A stretch of DNA of 64,000 nt from Bacteroidota bacterium (GTDB lineage Bacteria; Bacteroidota; Bacteroidia; Bacteroidales; JAAUTT01): positions 4,076-68,075 of the forward strand of contig JAJYAG010000013.1 of the NCBI GenBank assembly GCA_021779665.1. Direction: 5' to 3'. The notes beneath the pieces were generated by a model. It was not told where the DNA came from and ran no database searches. It saw nothing but the letters and a program-made list of their open reading frames with translations. Both the position numbers and the translations under genes were made by a program. Of the stretch, positions 26,765 to 36,141 are shown in pieces. The first letter of the stretch is position 1. Each line of letters begins with the position of its first letter.

Positions 26765-27850
26765 ATGACATTAACTATTCAATTTTCTGATATAACAAAA
26801 TGGATTCACGAGACGCTGAATGCGTCTATGTCGCCAGGTTGGGCTCTTTTCAGTGAGTTTGTGCTTGCCGGTGTAGCCATGATATTACTGGTAGTGGTTC
26901 TGGCAGTTTTGTTTGTTTACATGGAACGTAAGGTTGCTGGTTTTATGCAGTTGCGCCTTGGTCCGCACCGCGTTGGTCCCTGGGGTACCATGCAGGTTTT
27001 TGCCGACGTATTCAAACTCCTTTTAAAGGAAAGTTTTGCTCCCTTTACAGTAGATAAGTTTCTTTTCAACTTTGCTCCAATCCTGGTTCTGGCTGTAGCC
27101 TTCATGGCAATGGCCCCGATTTCGTTTGCGCCGGGATTACAGCTTTGGGACATGAACATTGGTATTTTGTATGTTACGGCAGTTTCTTCCATCGGGGTTA
27201 TCGGAATTCTGATGGCAGGCTGGTCCAGTAACAATAAATATTCACTTTTAGGAGCCATGCGAAGTGGTGCCCAGATTGTGAGTTACGAGTTATCGGCCGG
27301 TTTAAGTCTGGTTGCAGTAATCGCTATGTGCGGAAGTCTTTCAATCTCCGACATAATTGCCTCTCAGGCCGATGGCTGGTGGATCTTCAAAGGCCACTTG
27401 CCCATTATGTTTGCCTTCGTGGTTTATGTAATTGCCGGAACCGCCGAAACAAACCGTGCACCGTTCGACCTTGCCGAAGCTGAATCGGAATTAACTGCCG
27501 GTTATCACACGGAATTTTCGGGAATGCAGTTTGGTATGTTCTACCTTACTGAATACATCAATATGGCTGTGATATCGATGGTTGCTACAACTGTATTTCT
27601 TGGCGGCTGGCTTCCATTCCATATTTACGGGTTCGATGCATTTAACAACGTTATGAACTTCATTCCGAGCTGGATCTGGTTCTTTGGAAAAACATTCTTT
27701 ATCATCTTTTTAATGATGTGGTTCCGCTGGACTTTCCCCCGTCTCCGTATAGACCAATTGCTGAAACTCGAGTGGAAGTATCTTCTGCCGCTTAGCATTA
27801 TCAATGTTGTAATTGTTGCATTCCTCGTGGTAATGGGTTGGCACTTTTAA
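26765..27850 (+). CDS. nuoH: NADH-quinone oxidoreductase subunit H
   Basis: Polytopic membrane ORF containing ERKVAGFMQLRLGP and AETNRAPFDLAEAESEL. The track start at TTG 26741 is probably an extension. The first ATG is at 26765. Confidence 0.85.
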   Translation: MTLTIQFSDITKWIHETLNASMSPGWALFSEFVLAGVAMILLVVVLAVLFVYMERKVAGFMQLRLGPHRVGPWGTMQVFADVFKLLLKESFAPFTVDKFLFNFAPILVLAVAFMAMAPISFAPGLQLWDMNIGILYVTAVSSIGVIGILMAGWSSNNKYSLLGAMRSGAQIVSYELSAGLSLVAVIAMCGSLSISDIIASQADGWWIFKGHLPIMFAFVVYVIAGTAETNRAPFDLAEAESELTAGYHTEFSGMQFGMFYLTEYINMAVISMVATTVFLGGWLPFHIYGFDAFNNVMNFIPSWIWFFGKTFFIIFLMMWFRWTFPRLRIDQLLKLEWKYLLPLSIINVVIVAFLVVMGWHF

Positions 27851-27870
27851 ATGATTAAAAAATTGAAAGA

Positions 27871-28353
27871 ATGAGAGCATTAATTCAATATATAAAAGAT
27901 GTGGCGCAGGGCTTCTATTCCTTATCGCAGGGATTGCTGCTCACGCTCAAATATTTTGTCCGTCCGTGGAAACACATCGTGGAACAGTACCCTGAAAACC
28001 GTACTACCACCATTTATATTCCCGAAAAATTTGCCGGCGAAGTTGTATTGCCTCACGACGAGAACAACCGCCACAAATGTACAGCCTGTACACTTTGCGA
28101 AATGGCTTGTCCGAACGGTACAATCAAAATTATTTCGGCTACCATCGAAGGCGAGGACGGAAAGAAAAAGAAAGTACTTGATAAATGGGTGTATAACCTT
28201 GGTATGTGTACTATGTGCGGTCAGTGCGTTGATGCTTGTCCCCAGGATGCCATTACCATGAAAAACTCGTTCGAGTTGAGCGTTTATAACCGCAACGATT
28301 TGATCAAAGTACTTAACAAACCAGGTTCAAAACTTAAAGAAAAAGAATCATGA
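27871..28353 (+). CDS. nuoI: NADH-quinone oxidoreductase subunit I
   Basis: 160-aa ORF with two 4Fe-4S motifs, CTACTLCEMACP and CTMCGQCVDACP. Confidence 0.9.
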   Translation: MRALIQYIKDVAQGFYSLSQGLLLTLKYFVRPWKHIVEQYPENRTTTIYIPEKFAGEVVLPHDENNRHKCTACTLCEMACPNGTIKIISATIEGEDGKKKKVLDKWVYNLGMCTMCGQCVDACPQDAITMKNSFELSVYNRNDLIKVLNKPGSKLKEKES

Positions 28354-28862
28354 GCGCATCAGCAGTTATGTTTTATATTTTAGGTGCCTTAGTTCTAACT
28401 TTTGGGGTATTAACAGTTTTTACCCGTAAGATTTTCAGGGCTGCGGTTTATCTGCTCCTTTCGTTAATTGGTATTGCTGCAATATACATCATCATGGACA
28501 TGCAGTTTATTGCTGCATTGCAAATTGTAATTTATGTAGGTGGTATTGTGGTACTGATTATTTTCTCCATATTTCTTACCCATCAGGCTGGAGAGCGGCT
28601 TCCATCACGATTGCCCAAACATTTGCTCTGGTCTATATTATTATCAGGAGTCGGATTGCTTTTAGCCACCCATATTCTGTATCACTTTAGCTATAAGCCA
28701 TCAATTGAGCCTGCCATTGAGCATTCGGTGAAGAATATTGGTACCCAGCTCATCGATTTCAGATCGTATGGCTATGTGTTCCCCTTTGAAGTTGTGAGTA
28801 TCCTGTTACTTGCTGCCATGGTGGGAAGTATAATAATTGCAATGAAAACAAAGAAAAACTAA
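28350..28862 (+). CDS. nuoJ: NADH-quinone oxidoreductase subunit J
   Basis: 170-aa membrane ORF with an ATGA overlap on nuoI. Its position in the operon supports the call. Confidence 0.85.
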   Translation: MSASAVMFYILGALVLTFGVLTVFTRKIFRAAVYLLLSLIGIAAIYIIMDMQFIAALQIVIYVGGIVVLIIFSIFLTHQAGERLPSRLPKHLLWSILLSGVGLLLATHILYHFSYKPSIEPAIEHSVKNIGTQLIDFRSYGYVFPFEVVSILLLAAMVGSIIIAMKTKKN

Positions 28863-28920
28863 AGGCTGTTCCTGCTCCCCTCTTTTGGAGGGGTTGGGGG
28901 AGGCTTCAAAAAAATATACT

Positions 28921-29235
28921 ATGGAACAAGTACCATTATCGCACGTGTTAATTTTAAGCTCCTGTTTATTCTTTCTGGGAATTTACGGTTTCTTTTCACG
29001 TCGTAATATGATTACCATGCTGATGTCGATAGAGCTGATACTTAACAGTATCAACATAAACTTCATCGCTTTCAACAAATATTTATACCCACATCAGCTC
29101 GAGGGTGTTTTCTTTACCCTTTTTATCATTACCGTTGCTGCTGCCGAAGTTTCACTGGCAATAGCCATTATTATTAATCTGTATCGTAAGTTCAATACGA
29201 TCGATGTAGAAGATACTAACACAATGAAATTTTAA
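28921..29235 (+). CDS. nuoK: NADH-quinone oxidoreductase subunit K
   Basis: 104-aa 3-TM ORF from the first ATG. The track start at TTG 28885 would translate the GC-rich hairpin spacer. Confidence 0.85.
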   Translation: MEQVPLSHVLILSSCLFFLGIYGFFSRRNMITMLMSIELILNSININFIAFNKYLYPHQLEGVFFTLFIITVAAAEVSLAIAIIINLYRKFNTIDVEDTNTMKF

Positions 29236-29240
29236 CCGAT

Positions 29241-31178
29241 ATGAGTACCTACGATATTGCAGCTTTACTCATTCTTCTTTTACCGATTTTAAGTTTTGCG
29301 GGATTGAGTTTTCTGGGTAAAAGAATCACCCCCTGCACCGCAGGAATTGTTGGAACCACAGTGTTATTTGTTGCAGCAGGTTTAGCTTTATTTACTGCTT
29401 ACGGATACTTTTTTCAGTTTGGCGAAGTCGCCGGAGCTTATGCGCATCACACTTCACTCGAAATAAACTGGCTGCAGTTTAACGAGAATTTGTCCATCAA
29501 CCTGAGTATCATTCTCGACCCTATTTCCGTAATGATGCTTGTGGTGATCACCGTTATTTCGGCAATGGTTCATCTTTACAGCTTCAAGTACATGCATGGC
29601 GAAGAAAGATTCGCAACCTATTATGCTTACCTGGCGCTGTTTACTTTTTCAATGTTAGGGCTGGTTGTTTCCGGTAACCTTTTCCAGATGTATATTTTTT
29701 GGGAATTGGTGGGCGTTTCATCCTTCCTGCTCATTGGCTTTTATTTTACAAAACCATCGGCCATCGCTGCTGCAAAAAAAGCGTTTATTGTCACCCGTTT
29801 CGCCGACCTCGGTTTCCTGCTGGGAATTCTGATGTTAAGCTACGGTGCCGAAACACTTGACTTTTTTGTTTTAATCGAACGTTTAACACAGCCCGATTCA
29901 GTTTACCTGGCTTCTTTTACAGCCACCTCGTTTATGGGTCTTTCGGCGCTTTCGTGGGGATTACTTCTGGTATTTACTGGAGGTGCAGGTAAATCGGCCA
30001 TGTTCCCGCTGCATATCTGGTTGCCCGATGCGATGGAAGGTCCGACTCCGGTTTCAGCTTTAATCCACGCTGCTACCATGGTTGTTGCAGGTGTTTACTT
30101 AGTTGCCAGGTTATTCCCGGTGTTCGCCATCTCTGCTCCCGATGCACTTGCCATTGTTGGATACATTGGCGTATTTACAGCCTTGTTTGCTGCCGTAATT
30201 GCCTGTACACAAACCGATATCAAACGTGTTCTTGCGTATTCAACCATATCGCAGATTGCCTTTATGATGTTTGCCCTGGGCGTTGCCGGTTGGGGCGAAG
30301 AAAAGGCCGAAGGTTTCACAGCATCCATGTTCCACCTGTTTACGCATGCTTTCTTCAAAGCACTGCTGTTCCTTGGTGCCGGTGCCGTAATTCATGCTGT
30401 TCACAGCAACGAAATGAAAGATATGGGCGGTCTTCGTAAGTCGATGCCGATTACGCATATTACTTTTTTAATTGCATGTCTTGCCATCGCCGGTGTTCCA
30501 TTGCTTTCCGGATTCTTCAGTAAGGAAGCTATTCTTAACGCCGCTTATCATGGCAATCCGATGATTTTTTACGTTGCTCTTTTAACAAGTGGCTTAACAG
30601 CTTTCTATATGTTCCGTCTTTATTTCCGTATTTTCTGGTATAAAGCCGACGAACATGGTCATCACAATCACGAAAAAGGAATGTGGGCCATGAACCTGCC
30701 GCTTATTATTCTTGCAATTGGTGCTGCATTTACAGGTTATATTCCTTTCGGCGATTTTGTAAGTGCCGATGGAAAACCTTTTGAGCTGCCTTTCCATCTT
30801 ACATTTTCAATTGCTCCGGTGTTAGCAGGTGTTATCGGTATTGGCATTGCATGGATGATGTATTCGAAACAGAATTCAAATCCCGATAAAGTTTCAGCCT
30901 CTTTCGGACGCTTTTACAATTGGGCTTATCATAAATTTTATATCGACGAAATTTACTTATTTGTTACCAAGAAGGTTCTCTTTAATCTTGTGGGTCGTCC
31001 GGCTGCCTGGTTCGATAAAAATGTTGTCGACGGAATGATCAATGGCTATGCTTCCATTACCTCTACAACTTCCGAAGCTATCAAAGGGATGCAGAGCGGG
31101 CGGTTACAGACATATACTTTGTTCTTCCTGGGAGGTGTTTTGGTTGTTGCCATTCTCCTGATTGTAAATTTTATTTAG
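29241..31178 (+). CDS. nuoL: NADH-quinone oxidoreductase subunit L
   Basis: 645-aa antiporter-like subunit. The call rests on operon position and the WLPDAMEGPTPVSALIHAATMV motif. Confidence 0.9.
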   Translation: MSTYDIAALLILLLPILSFAGLSFLGKRITPCTAGIVGTTVLFVAAGLALFTAYGYFFQFGEVAGAYAHHTSLEINWLQFNENLSINLSIILDPISVMMLVVITVISAMVHLYSFKYMHGEERFATYYAYLALFTFSMLGLVVSGNLFQMYIFWELVGVSSFLLIGFYFTKPSAIAAAKKAFIVTRFADLGFLLGILMLSYGAETLDFFVLIERLTQPDSVYLASFTATSFMGLSALSWGLLLVFTGGAGKSAMFPLHIWLPDAMEGPTPVSALIHAATMVVAGVYLVARLFPVFAISAPDALAIVGYIGVFTALFAAVIACTQTDIKRVLAYSTISQIAFMMFALGVAGWGEEKAEGFTASMFHLFTHAFFKALLFLGAGAVIHAVHSNEMKDMGGLRKSMPITHITFLIACLAIAGVPLLSGFFSKEAILNAAYHGNPMIFYVALLTSGLTAFYMFRLYFRIFWYKADEHGHHNHEKGMWAMNLPLIILAIGAAFTGYIPFGDFVSADGKPFELPFHLTFSIAPVLAGVIGIGIAWMMYSKQNSNPDKVSASFGRFYNWAYHKFYIDEIYLFVTKKVLFNLVGRPAAWFDKNVVDGMINGYASITSTTSEAIKGMQSGRLQTYTLFFLGGVLVVAILLIVNFI

Positions 31179-31205
31179 GAACCTGACTAATTAGAAAAAT
31201 ATTAT

Positions 31206-32714
31206 ATGAACGTTTTATCAATTTTGATCCTGATTCCGCTCATCACAGCGCTTGTCCTCCTGATGGTCAGGAAGGAATTACATATGAAGCTTATCGCTTT
31301 GTTTGGCAGCATCGCTCAATTGGGTTATTCGGTATGGCTTACCAATTATTATATCAATTTCAGGAAAGCCGGCGATACTGCCGAAATGCTTTTTCAAACT
31401 TCTTTAGGCTGGTTCAAACCTTTAAATATTTACTTCAGCACCGGAGTTGACGGTATTTCTTTAACCATGATTCTGTTAACCGCAATGGTAGTAGTTGCCG
31501 GTATTCTGGTTTCATGGAAAATTCAACATCAGGTAAAGGAATTTTTCTTCCTGATAGTACTGCTGAGTTTAGGAGCCTATGGTTTCTTTATCTCTACCGA
31601 CCTTTTCATGATGTTCTTCTTCCTCGAACTAGCTGTGATTCCTAAGTATTTATTAATTGGAATCTGGGGTAGCGGTAAGAAAGAATACAGCGCCATGAAA
31701 CTCGCGTTGATGTTAATGGCTGGTTCTGCTCTTGTATTTTTGGGAATTGCAGCGCTTTATTTTGCTTCAGGGATTTACGGAGGTCAGTATACATGGAACA
31801 TTCATGAATTGACACAAATTAATTTCCCGATGAGTGTTCAGGTGCCTATTTACCTTCTTATTTTCACGGGTTTTGGTGTCTTCACCGCTATGTTCCCTTT
31901 TCACACCTGGGCTCCCGACGGTCACTCCTCTGCACCCACTGCTGCATCCATGTTTCTTGCCGGTATTTCGATGAAGTTAGGCGGTTACGGTGCTTTACGG
32001 GTTGCTACTTATCTTTTACCCAACGCAGCACAGGAATGGTCATGGATTTTCATTATTCTGGCTTCGATTGCAATCATCTACGGAGCTTTCGCCACCATGA
32101 TGCAAAAGGACCTGAAATATATGAACGCATACTCTTCGGTTAGTCACTGCGGATTTGTAATTCTAGGTATAGCAATGCTTACCAAGACAGCCTTTATGGG
32201 TGCGGTGATGCAGATGGTTTCACATGGTATCATGACAGCTCTTTTCTTTGCCGCTATCGGGATGATTTACGATCGTGCTCACACGCGTCAGGCTAACGAA
32301 CTGGGAGGTATGCTCAAGCAAATGCCCTTTATTGGTACAGCTTTTATTATTGCAGGTTTAACTTCACTTGGATTACCAGGTTTTAGTGGTTTTGTTTCGG
32401 AAATGACTGTATTTGTCGGATCGTGGGAAAGAACCGGAATATTCTACAGGGTAGCAACAATTCTTGCTTGCGCATCCATCGTGGTAACTGCAGTTTATAT
32501 TTTGAGATCGGTTGGTTTTGCAATCTGGGGAACTATCACCAATAAAGAATATGAAACCCTTAAGGATGCTACCTGGAATGAAAAGGCTGCTGCCGTACTT
32601 TTAATTGCCGGTATTGTTTTTATCGGGGTGTTACCTTTCTGGGTTGTGAATCTGATTTCGAACGATACAATTACAATATTTAATAAATTTATTTCGGTGG
32701 CTGTTGCCAACTAA
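31206..32714 (+). CDS. nuoM: NADH-quinone oxidoreductase subunit M
   Basis: 502-aa antiporter-like subunit at the expected position in the operon. Confidence 0.9.
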   Translation: MNVLSILILIPLITALVLLMVRKELHMKLIALFGSIAQLGYSVWLTNYYINFRKAGDTAEMLFQTSLGWFKPLNIYFSTGVDGISLTMILLTAMVVVAGILVSWKIQHQVKEFFFLIVLLSLGAYGFFISTDLFMMFFFLELAVIPKYLLIGIWGSGKKEYSAMKLALMLMAGSALVFLGIAALYFASGIYGGQYTWNIHELTQINFPMSVQVPIYLLIFTGFGVFTAMFPFHTWAPDGHSSAPTAASMFLAGISMKLGGYGALRVATYLLPNAAQEWSWIFIILASIAIIYGAFATMMQKDLKYMNAYSSVSHCGFVILGIAMLTKTAFMGAVMQMVSHGIMTALFFAAIGMIYDRAHTRQANELGGMLKQMPFIGTAFIIAGLTSLGLPGFSGFVSEMTVFVGSWERTGIFYRVATILACASIVVTAVYILRSVGFAIWGTITNKEYETLKDATWNEKAAAVLLIAGIVFIGVLPFWVVNLISNDTITIFNKFISVAVAN

Positions 32715-32734
32715 CTTTTGTTAATGATGATATT

Positions 32735-34147
32735 ATGAGTATATACTCTTATTTGATGTTACGGTTTGAAGTAGTGATCACCCTGATCATCTTCATTTTG
32801 CTTGTATTGAAGCTTAACGATGCCGACAAAAAAGAAAAGTCGTTGTTGATCGGAATCAATATTATGTTGCTGCTAAATTTTATTGTCGGTCTTCTTCCAA
32901 TGGCCGAAGGGAATCTTTTTATGGGATTCTTCAGGTCGAATGGTCTTCTGGTGTTGCAAAAGAATATTCTTAATCTGGGATTATTGCTGATATCACTTAC
33001 ATCGTACAACTATTTGCTTAAGAACAATAACAGAATCGAGTTTTATATTCTTATGCTTAGCAGTATGCTTGGCGTTTTTGCGATGCTCTCAAGCGGACAT
33101 ATTCTGGTTCTTTATTTAGGACTTGAAATGTCGACTATTCCTATTGCTGCTTTGGCCAATTTCAATAAGAGTATGAAGAATTCCTCGGAGGCTGGTATCA
33201 AGTTAATTTTATCCTCGGCATTCTCAACCGGTATATTGCTTTTTGGTATTTCGTTACTCTACGGAGCCGTTGGAAACCTGAGTTTCGAAAATATTCAGGC
33301 AAATCTTCAGTTAAACGAACTTACACTGTTGGCTTTTGCTTTTATCCTCGGTGGATTTGCCTTTAAAATGTCAATTGTTCCATTTCATTTATGGACTGCC
33401 GATGTATACGAAGGATCGCCTGTGGCTGTGACCAATTATCTTTCAGTTATATCAAAAGGTTCGGTAATTTTTGTTTTCATCAGCGTTTTATATTCCATAT
33501 TTTCAAGTTTTACCGATGCCTGGTTATATGCGATCACCATCCTCTCGATATTGAGTATGACGGTGGGTAACCTGTTTGCAATGCGTCAGCAGAATCTCAA
33601 ACGGTTCTTCGCATTCTCTTCCATTGCCCAGGTTGGTTTTGTGCTGGTGGGTATTGCCGGAGCTTCCAAAATTGGTTTGACGTCGGCAACTTATTTTGTG
33701 CTGATATATCTCTTAAGCAATATCGCCTCGTTTGGTGTTATCAGTGCTATTTTCGATGCTACCGGAAAAGAAACCATTAACGATTATAAAGGACTTTACA
33801 AGTCGAACCCTTATTTTGCCCTGATTCTGGCTGTCAGCCTCTTTTCTTTAGCGGGAATTCCTCCAACCGCAGGGTTCTTTGGTAAAATGTTCCTGTTAAC
33901 CTCCAGTATGGGAAATGGCATGTACGTTTTGTTGGCCTTTGCTGCGATTAATATTGTTATTTCTTTATACAATTACCTGCGAATTGTTAAAACCATGTTC
34001 ATCGACGATGCAGTTGAAGTTTTGCCTGTTGTAGGACGGAATTTCGGAATGAAAATGGCTTTGGCGGTATGCACAATCGGTATTATTATAATTGGCTTTG
34101 TAACGCCTTTATTTCAATATATTGATGTTTTAAGTATAGTTAAGTAG
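32735..34147 (+). CDS. nuoN: NADH-quinone oxidoreductase subunit N
   Basis: 470-aa antiporter-like subunit and the last gene of the operon. Confidence 0.9.
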   Translation: MSIYSYLMLRFEVVITLIIFILLVLKLNDADKKEKSLLIGINIMLLLNFIVGLLPMAEGNLFMGFFRSNGLLVLQKNILNLGLLLISLTSYNYLLKNNNRIEFYILMLSSMLGVFAMLSSGHILVLYLGLEMSTIPIAALANFNKSMKNSSEAGIKLILSSAFSTGILLFGISLLYGAVGNLSFENIQANLQLNELTLLAFAFILGGFAFKMSIVPFHLWTADVYEGSPVAVTNYLSVISKGSVIFVFISVLYSIFSSFTDAWLYAITILSILSMTVGNLFAMRQQNLKRFFAFSSIAQVGFVLVGIAGASKIGLTSATYFVLIYLLSNIASFGVISAIFDATGKETINDYKGLYKSNPYFALILAVSLFSLAGIPPTAGFFGKMFLLTSSMGNGMYVLLAFAAINIVISLYNYLRIVKTMFIDDAVEVLPVVGRNFGMKMALAVCTIGIIIIGFVTPLFQYIDVLSIVK

Positions 34148-34226
34148 GCTATAGACTTTAGGTATTAGGCTTTAGAGAATACATCCTGGCCTGACACCTA
34201 AACACCTAATCCCTAAACACCTAAAA
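34146..34226 (+). repeat. TTAGG-type arm, spacer, then CCTAA-type octamer/heptamer repeats abutting the next start codon
   Basis: The left arm CTTTAGGTATTAGGCTTTAG starts at 34156. The right arm CCTAAACA CCTAATC CCTAAACA CCTAAAAT occupies 34197-34227. Positions 34157-34169 can pair with 34205-34217 (13 bp, one mismatch). Confidence 0.65.
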
Positions 34227-34227
34227 T

Positions 34228-34527
34228 ATGGCAATTAATCCTTATCATACAGTAGAAGATATCAACGGAGTAAGATGCTCGGTTGTAGAGAAAAAAGTTA
34301 CGGAAGAAAGAGCTGCTTTTGTTAAAAAAGTGCTTGAGTATAACAAATTGAATGTTCAGGTTGCACAAGGAGAAGACGGAACCTTTATTGTTGGCGTGGA
34401 TAACATTATTTTCAATCCGGTTCATGCTATTTATAACCGATCGTTGAAAACCCCTGAGGGCAAAGTTTTAACCGTCGCCTATTGGAATCAGAAGCAGCAA
34501 AAAGACGAATATTATTGGAACTATTAG
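34228..34527 (+). CDS. hypothetical protein
   Basis: 99-aa ORF followed by a strong terminator. No motif recognised. Confidence 0.55.
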   Translation: MAINPYHTVEDINGVRCSVVEKKVTEERAAFVKKVLEYNKLNVQVAQGEDGTFIVGVDNIIFNPVHAIYNRSLKTPEGKVLTVAYWNQKQQKDEYYWNY

Positions 34528-34531
34528 ATAC

Positions 34532-34560
34532 AAAAAAAGAGGCCCGAAAGCCTCTTTTTT
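34532..34560. terminator. bidirectional rho-independent terminator
   Basis: The sequence is AAAAAAAGAGGC-CCGAAA-GCCTCTTTTTT. It lies between convergent genes. Confidence 0.75.
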
Positions 34561-34573
34561 GATTATATGGTGA

Positions 34574-35071
34574 TTATGGCATTACCGTTGGTTTGAATTT
34601 AACTTCTGCTTCAAGCTCTTTCAGAATCTCCGAGAATTGTTCTTTTTGCTCATACTGCTGTATTATTTTTGATTCAGCCGGATTATATTTAACCAAAGGT
34701 ATCAGCTCATTCGAAATTTCCTTTGCCAGTTGTTCCTGTTCATATTTCATCAACAATGAAGCATTCGGTCTGTATTTAACATCTCCTTCCAGTTCTTTCA
34801 GAACATTTGTCCAAAAATTAGATTCAATTGTTTCGTTATATTCCATTGAACTGGTTTTAGGAGTGAACTTAACGTATTCTGTTATTTTTGAAAGTTGATC
34901 ATACAGATCATCTTTTGCAATAAGAAAGGAATTCTTTCTTTCAGCACTTGCAAGAAGTTTGTTGTCACTTTTTAAGGTCACATAATAACTCTTTGTGTTT
35001 TGAGCAGTGGCAGTAATTGAAATTATGCTTAAAGCTGCTATTACGATCAGGTTGTAAATTTTTGTTTTCAT
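34574..35071 (-). CDS. secreted protein with internal VK[YF]xP repeats
   Basis: 165-aa ORF with a signal peptide ending ATAQ. Repeated segments are VLKELEGDVKYRP / ILKELEAEVKFKP and KYEQEQ / QYEQKEQ. Confidence 0.65.
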   Translation of the reverse strand: MKTKIYNLIVIAALSIISITATAQNTKSYYVTLKSDNKLLASAERKNSFLIAKDDLYDQLSKITEYVKFTPKTSSMEYNETIESNFWTNVLKELEGDVKYRPNASLLMKYEQEQLAKEISNELIPLVKYNPAESKIIQQYEQKEQFSEILKELEAEVKFKPTVMP

Positions 35072-35105
35072 TTTGGTTTTTATTTTCAGTTATGCACATA
35101 AATAA

Positions 35106-35120
35106 TCAACACTTGTGCCA
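35106..35120 (-). promoter_or_regulatory. sigma-54-like -24/-12 box (TGGCACAAGTGTTGA)
   Basis: The minus strand reads TGGCAC-A-N4-TTGA. It has canonical spacing against the TGGCACG-N4-TTGCW consensus. It lies 35 nt upstream of the ATG at 35071. Confidence 0.4.
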
Positions 35121-35238
35121 TTACTTGCAAAATGAAAATAATCAGACATTTACAACGGATTCTTTTTTATAACAATTTCAAAGGACCTGTATTTTCTTCG
35201 TACATAAGTGTTCGATTCTGAACATCCGGATTAAAAAA

Positions 35239-35268
35239 AGTGAGCGCAGTCAATTGATCACGCTCACT
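35239..35268 (-). terminator. rho-independent terminator after the last tonB paralog
   Basis: AGTGAGCG pairs with CGCTCACT (8-bp stem). A-runs and T-runs flank it. Confidence 0.7.
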
Positions 35269-35283
35269 TTTTTATAGTAAATA

Positions 35284-36066
35284 TTAGTTATCCTGAAGTT
35301 TGAAAATTACGGGCAGGGTAAAGAGTTGTTTAACGGGTCGTCCACCCTGTTTCGGAGGTGTCCATAAAGGAGAGGATGTTATCACCCTTTTGGCTTCTTC
35401 GTCCAGAGATGGATCTACACCCCTCAAAATTGAGGCACTTTCCACCTTCCCTTTTGCATTAACTACAAACTGTACTGTTACTTTTCCCTGAATCTGATTT
35501 TCTATAGCCAGTTGAGGATATTTTAGATTTTGAGCAACCCATTTGTTAAACTCCATCAGGTTTCCCCCATTAAACTGGGCCGGTTCTTCAACAACCATAT
35601 GTATTGTTGTTTCTTCATTCATTATCGGATCCGGTTCAGCCTGCATACCTGGTAAGGGAGGAAGTTCAATGGTAGGGTTGCTTGCGAGAATCTTGTCTAT
35701 TGCATCAAAGGGGTCCGTTGTAGAATCAGCGTCTTCTACCACCCTTGGCGGTATGAAACGGGCTACATTCTGATCTATATTGATCTTAGGAGGTTCAGGA
35801 GGAGTGACTCTTAGCGATGTATCCAGTTCTGAAATTACTACCAGGGAATCGACCGAAAACGGACCTGAGCCGTTGCCTTTAATGTGATTGTAAATCATAG
35901 GCGTTAATACCGATGAGGTCACAAATAAGAAAGCTGATATAAAAGCTATGATCAGATATCCTTTCTGTTTTTTTCGCAGCATATATGCGCCATATGCTTT
36001 ATTTCGGTTACTGAAAACAATTTCCTCGAAACTGTTACCGATAATTACATTTTGGTAGGGTGTCAT
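35284..36066 (-). CDS. tonB: TonB-family energy transducer, paralog a
   Basis: 260-aa ORF. It has the N-terminal anchor NSFEEIVFSNRNKAYGAY and a TM helix. The C-terminal TonB domain runs AQFNGG...YPQLAIENQIQGKVTVQFVV...GRPVKQLFTLPVIFKL. Confidence 0.85.
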   Translation of the reverse strand: MTPYQNVIIGNSFEEIVFSNRNKAYGAYMLRKKQKGYLIIAFISAFLFVTSSVLTPMIYNHIKGNGSGPFSVDSLVVISELDTSLRVTPPEPPKINIDQNVARFIPPRVVEDADSTTDPFDAIDKILASNPTIELPPLPGMQAEPDPIMNEETTIHMVVEEPAQFNGGNLMEFNKWVAQNLKYPQLAIENQIQGKVTVQFVVNAKGKVESASILRGVDPSLDEEAKRVITSSPLWTPPKQGGRPVKQLFTLPVIFKLQDN

Positions 36067-36141
36067 GGCTGTAAGGTTTAAAATTGTTAGTAAAACTGAA
36101 ACATAGTTGTTTAATAGTTCCTGTTGTCAGGAGTTGATACT

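Noticed and set aside
24219-34147. Absence of nuoE, nuoF and nuoG from the nuo operon
   Set aside because: This is not a deletion or assembly artefact. The 11-subunit NDH-1 lacking the NADH-dehydrogenase module is the established standard arrangement in Bacteroidota.
34205-34217. CCCTAA / TTAGGG telomere-like hexamers within the CCTAA repeats (also at 10594-10599)
   Set aside because: These are isolated units embedded in degenerate heptamer/octamer repeats in a bacterial gene-dense context. They are not a tandem telomeric array.
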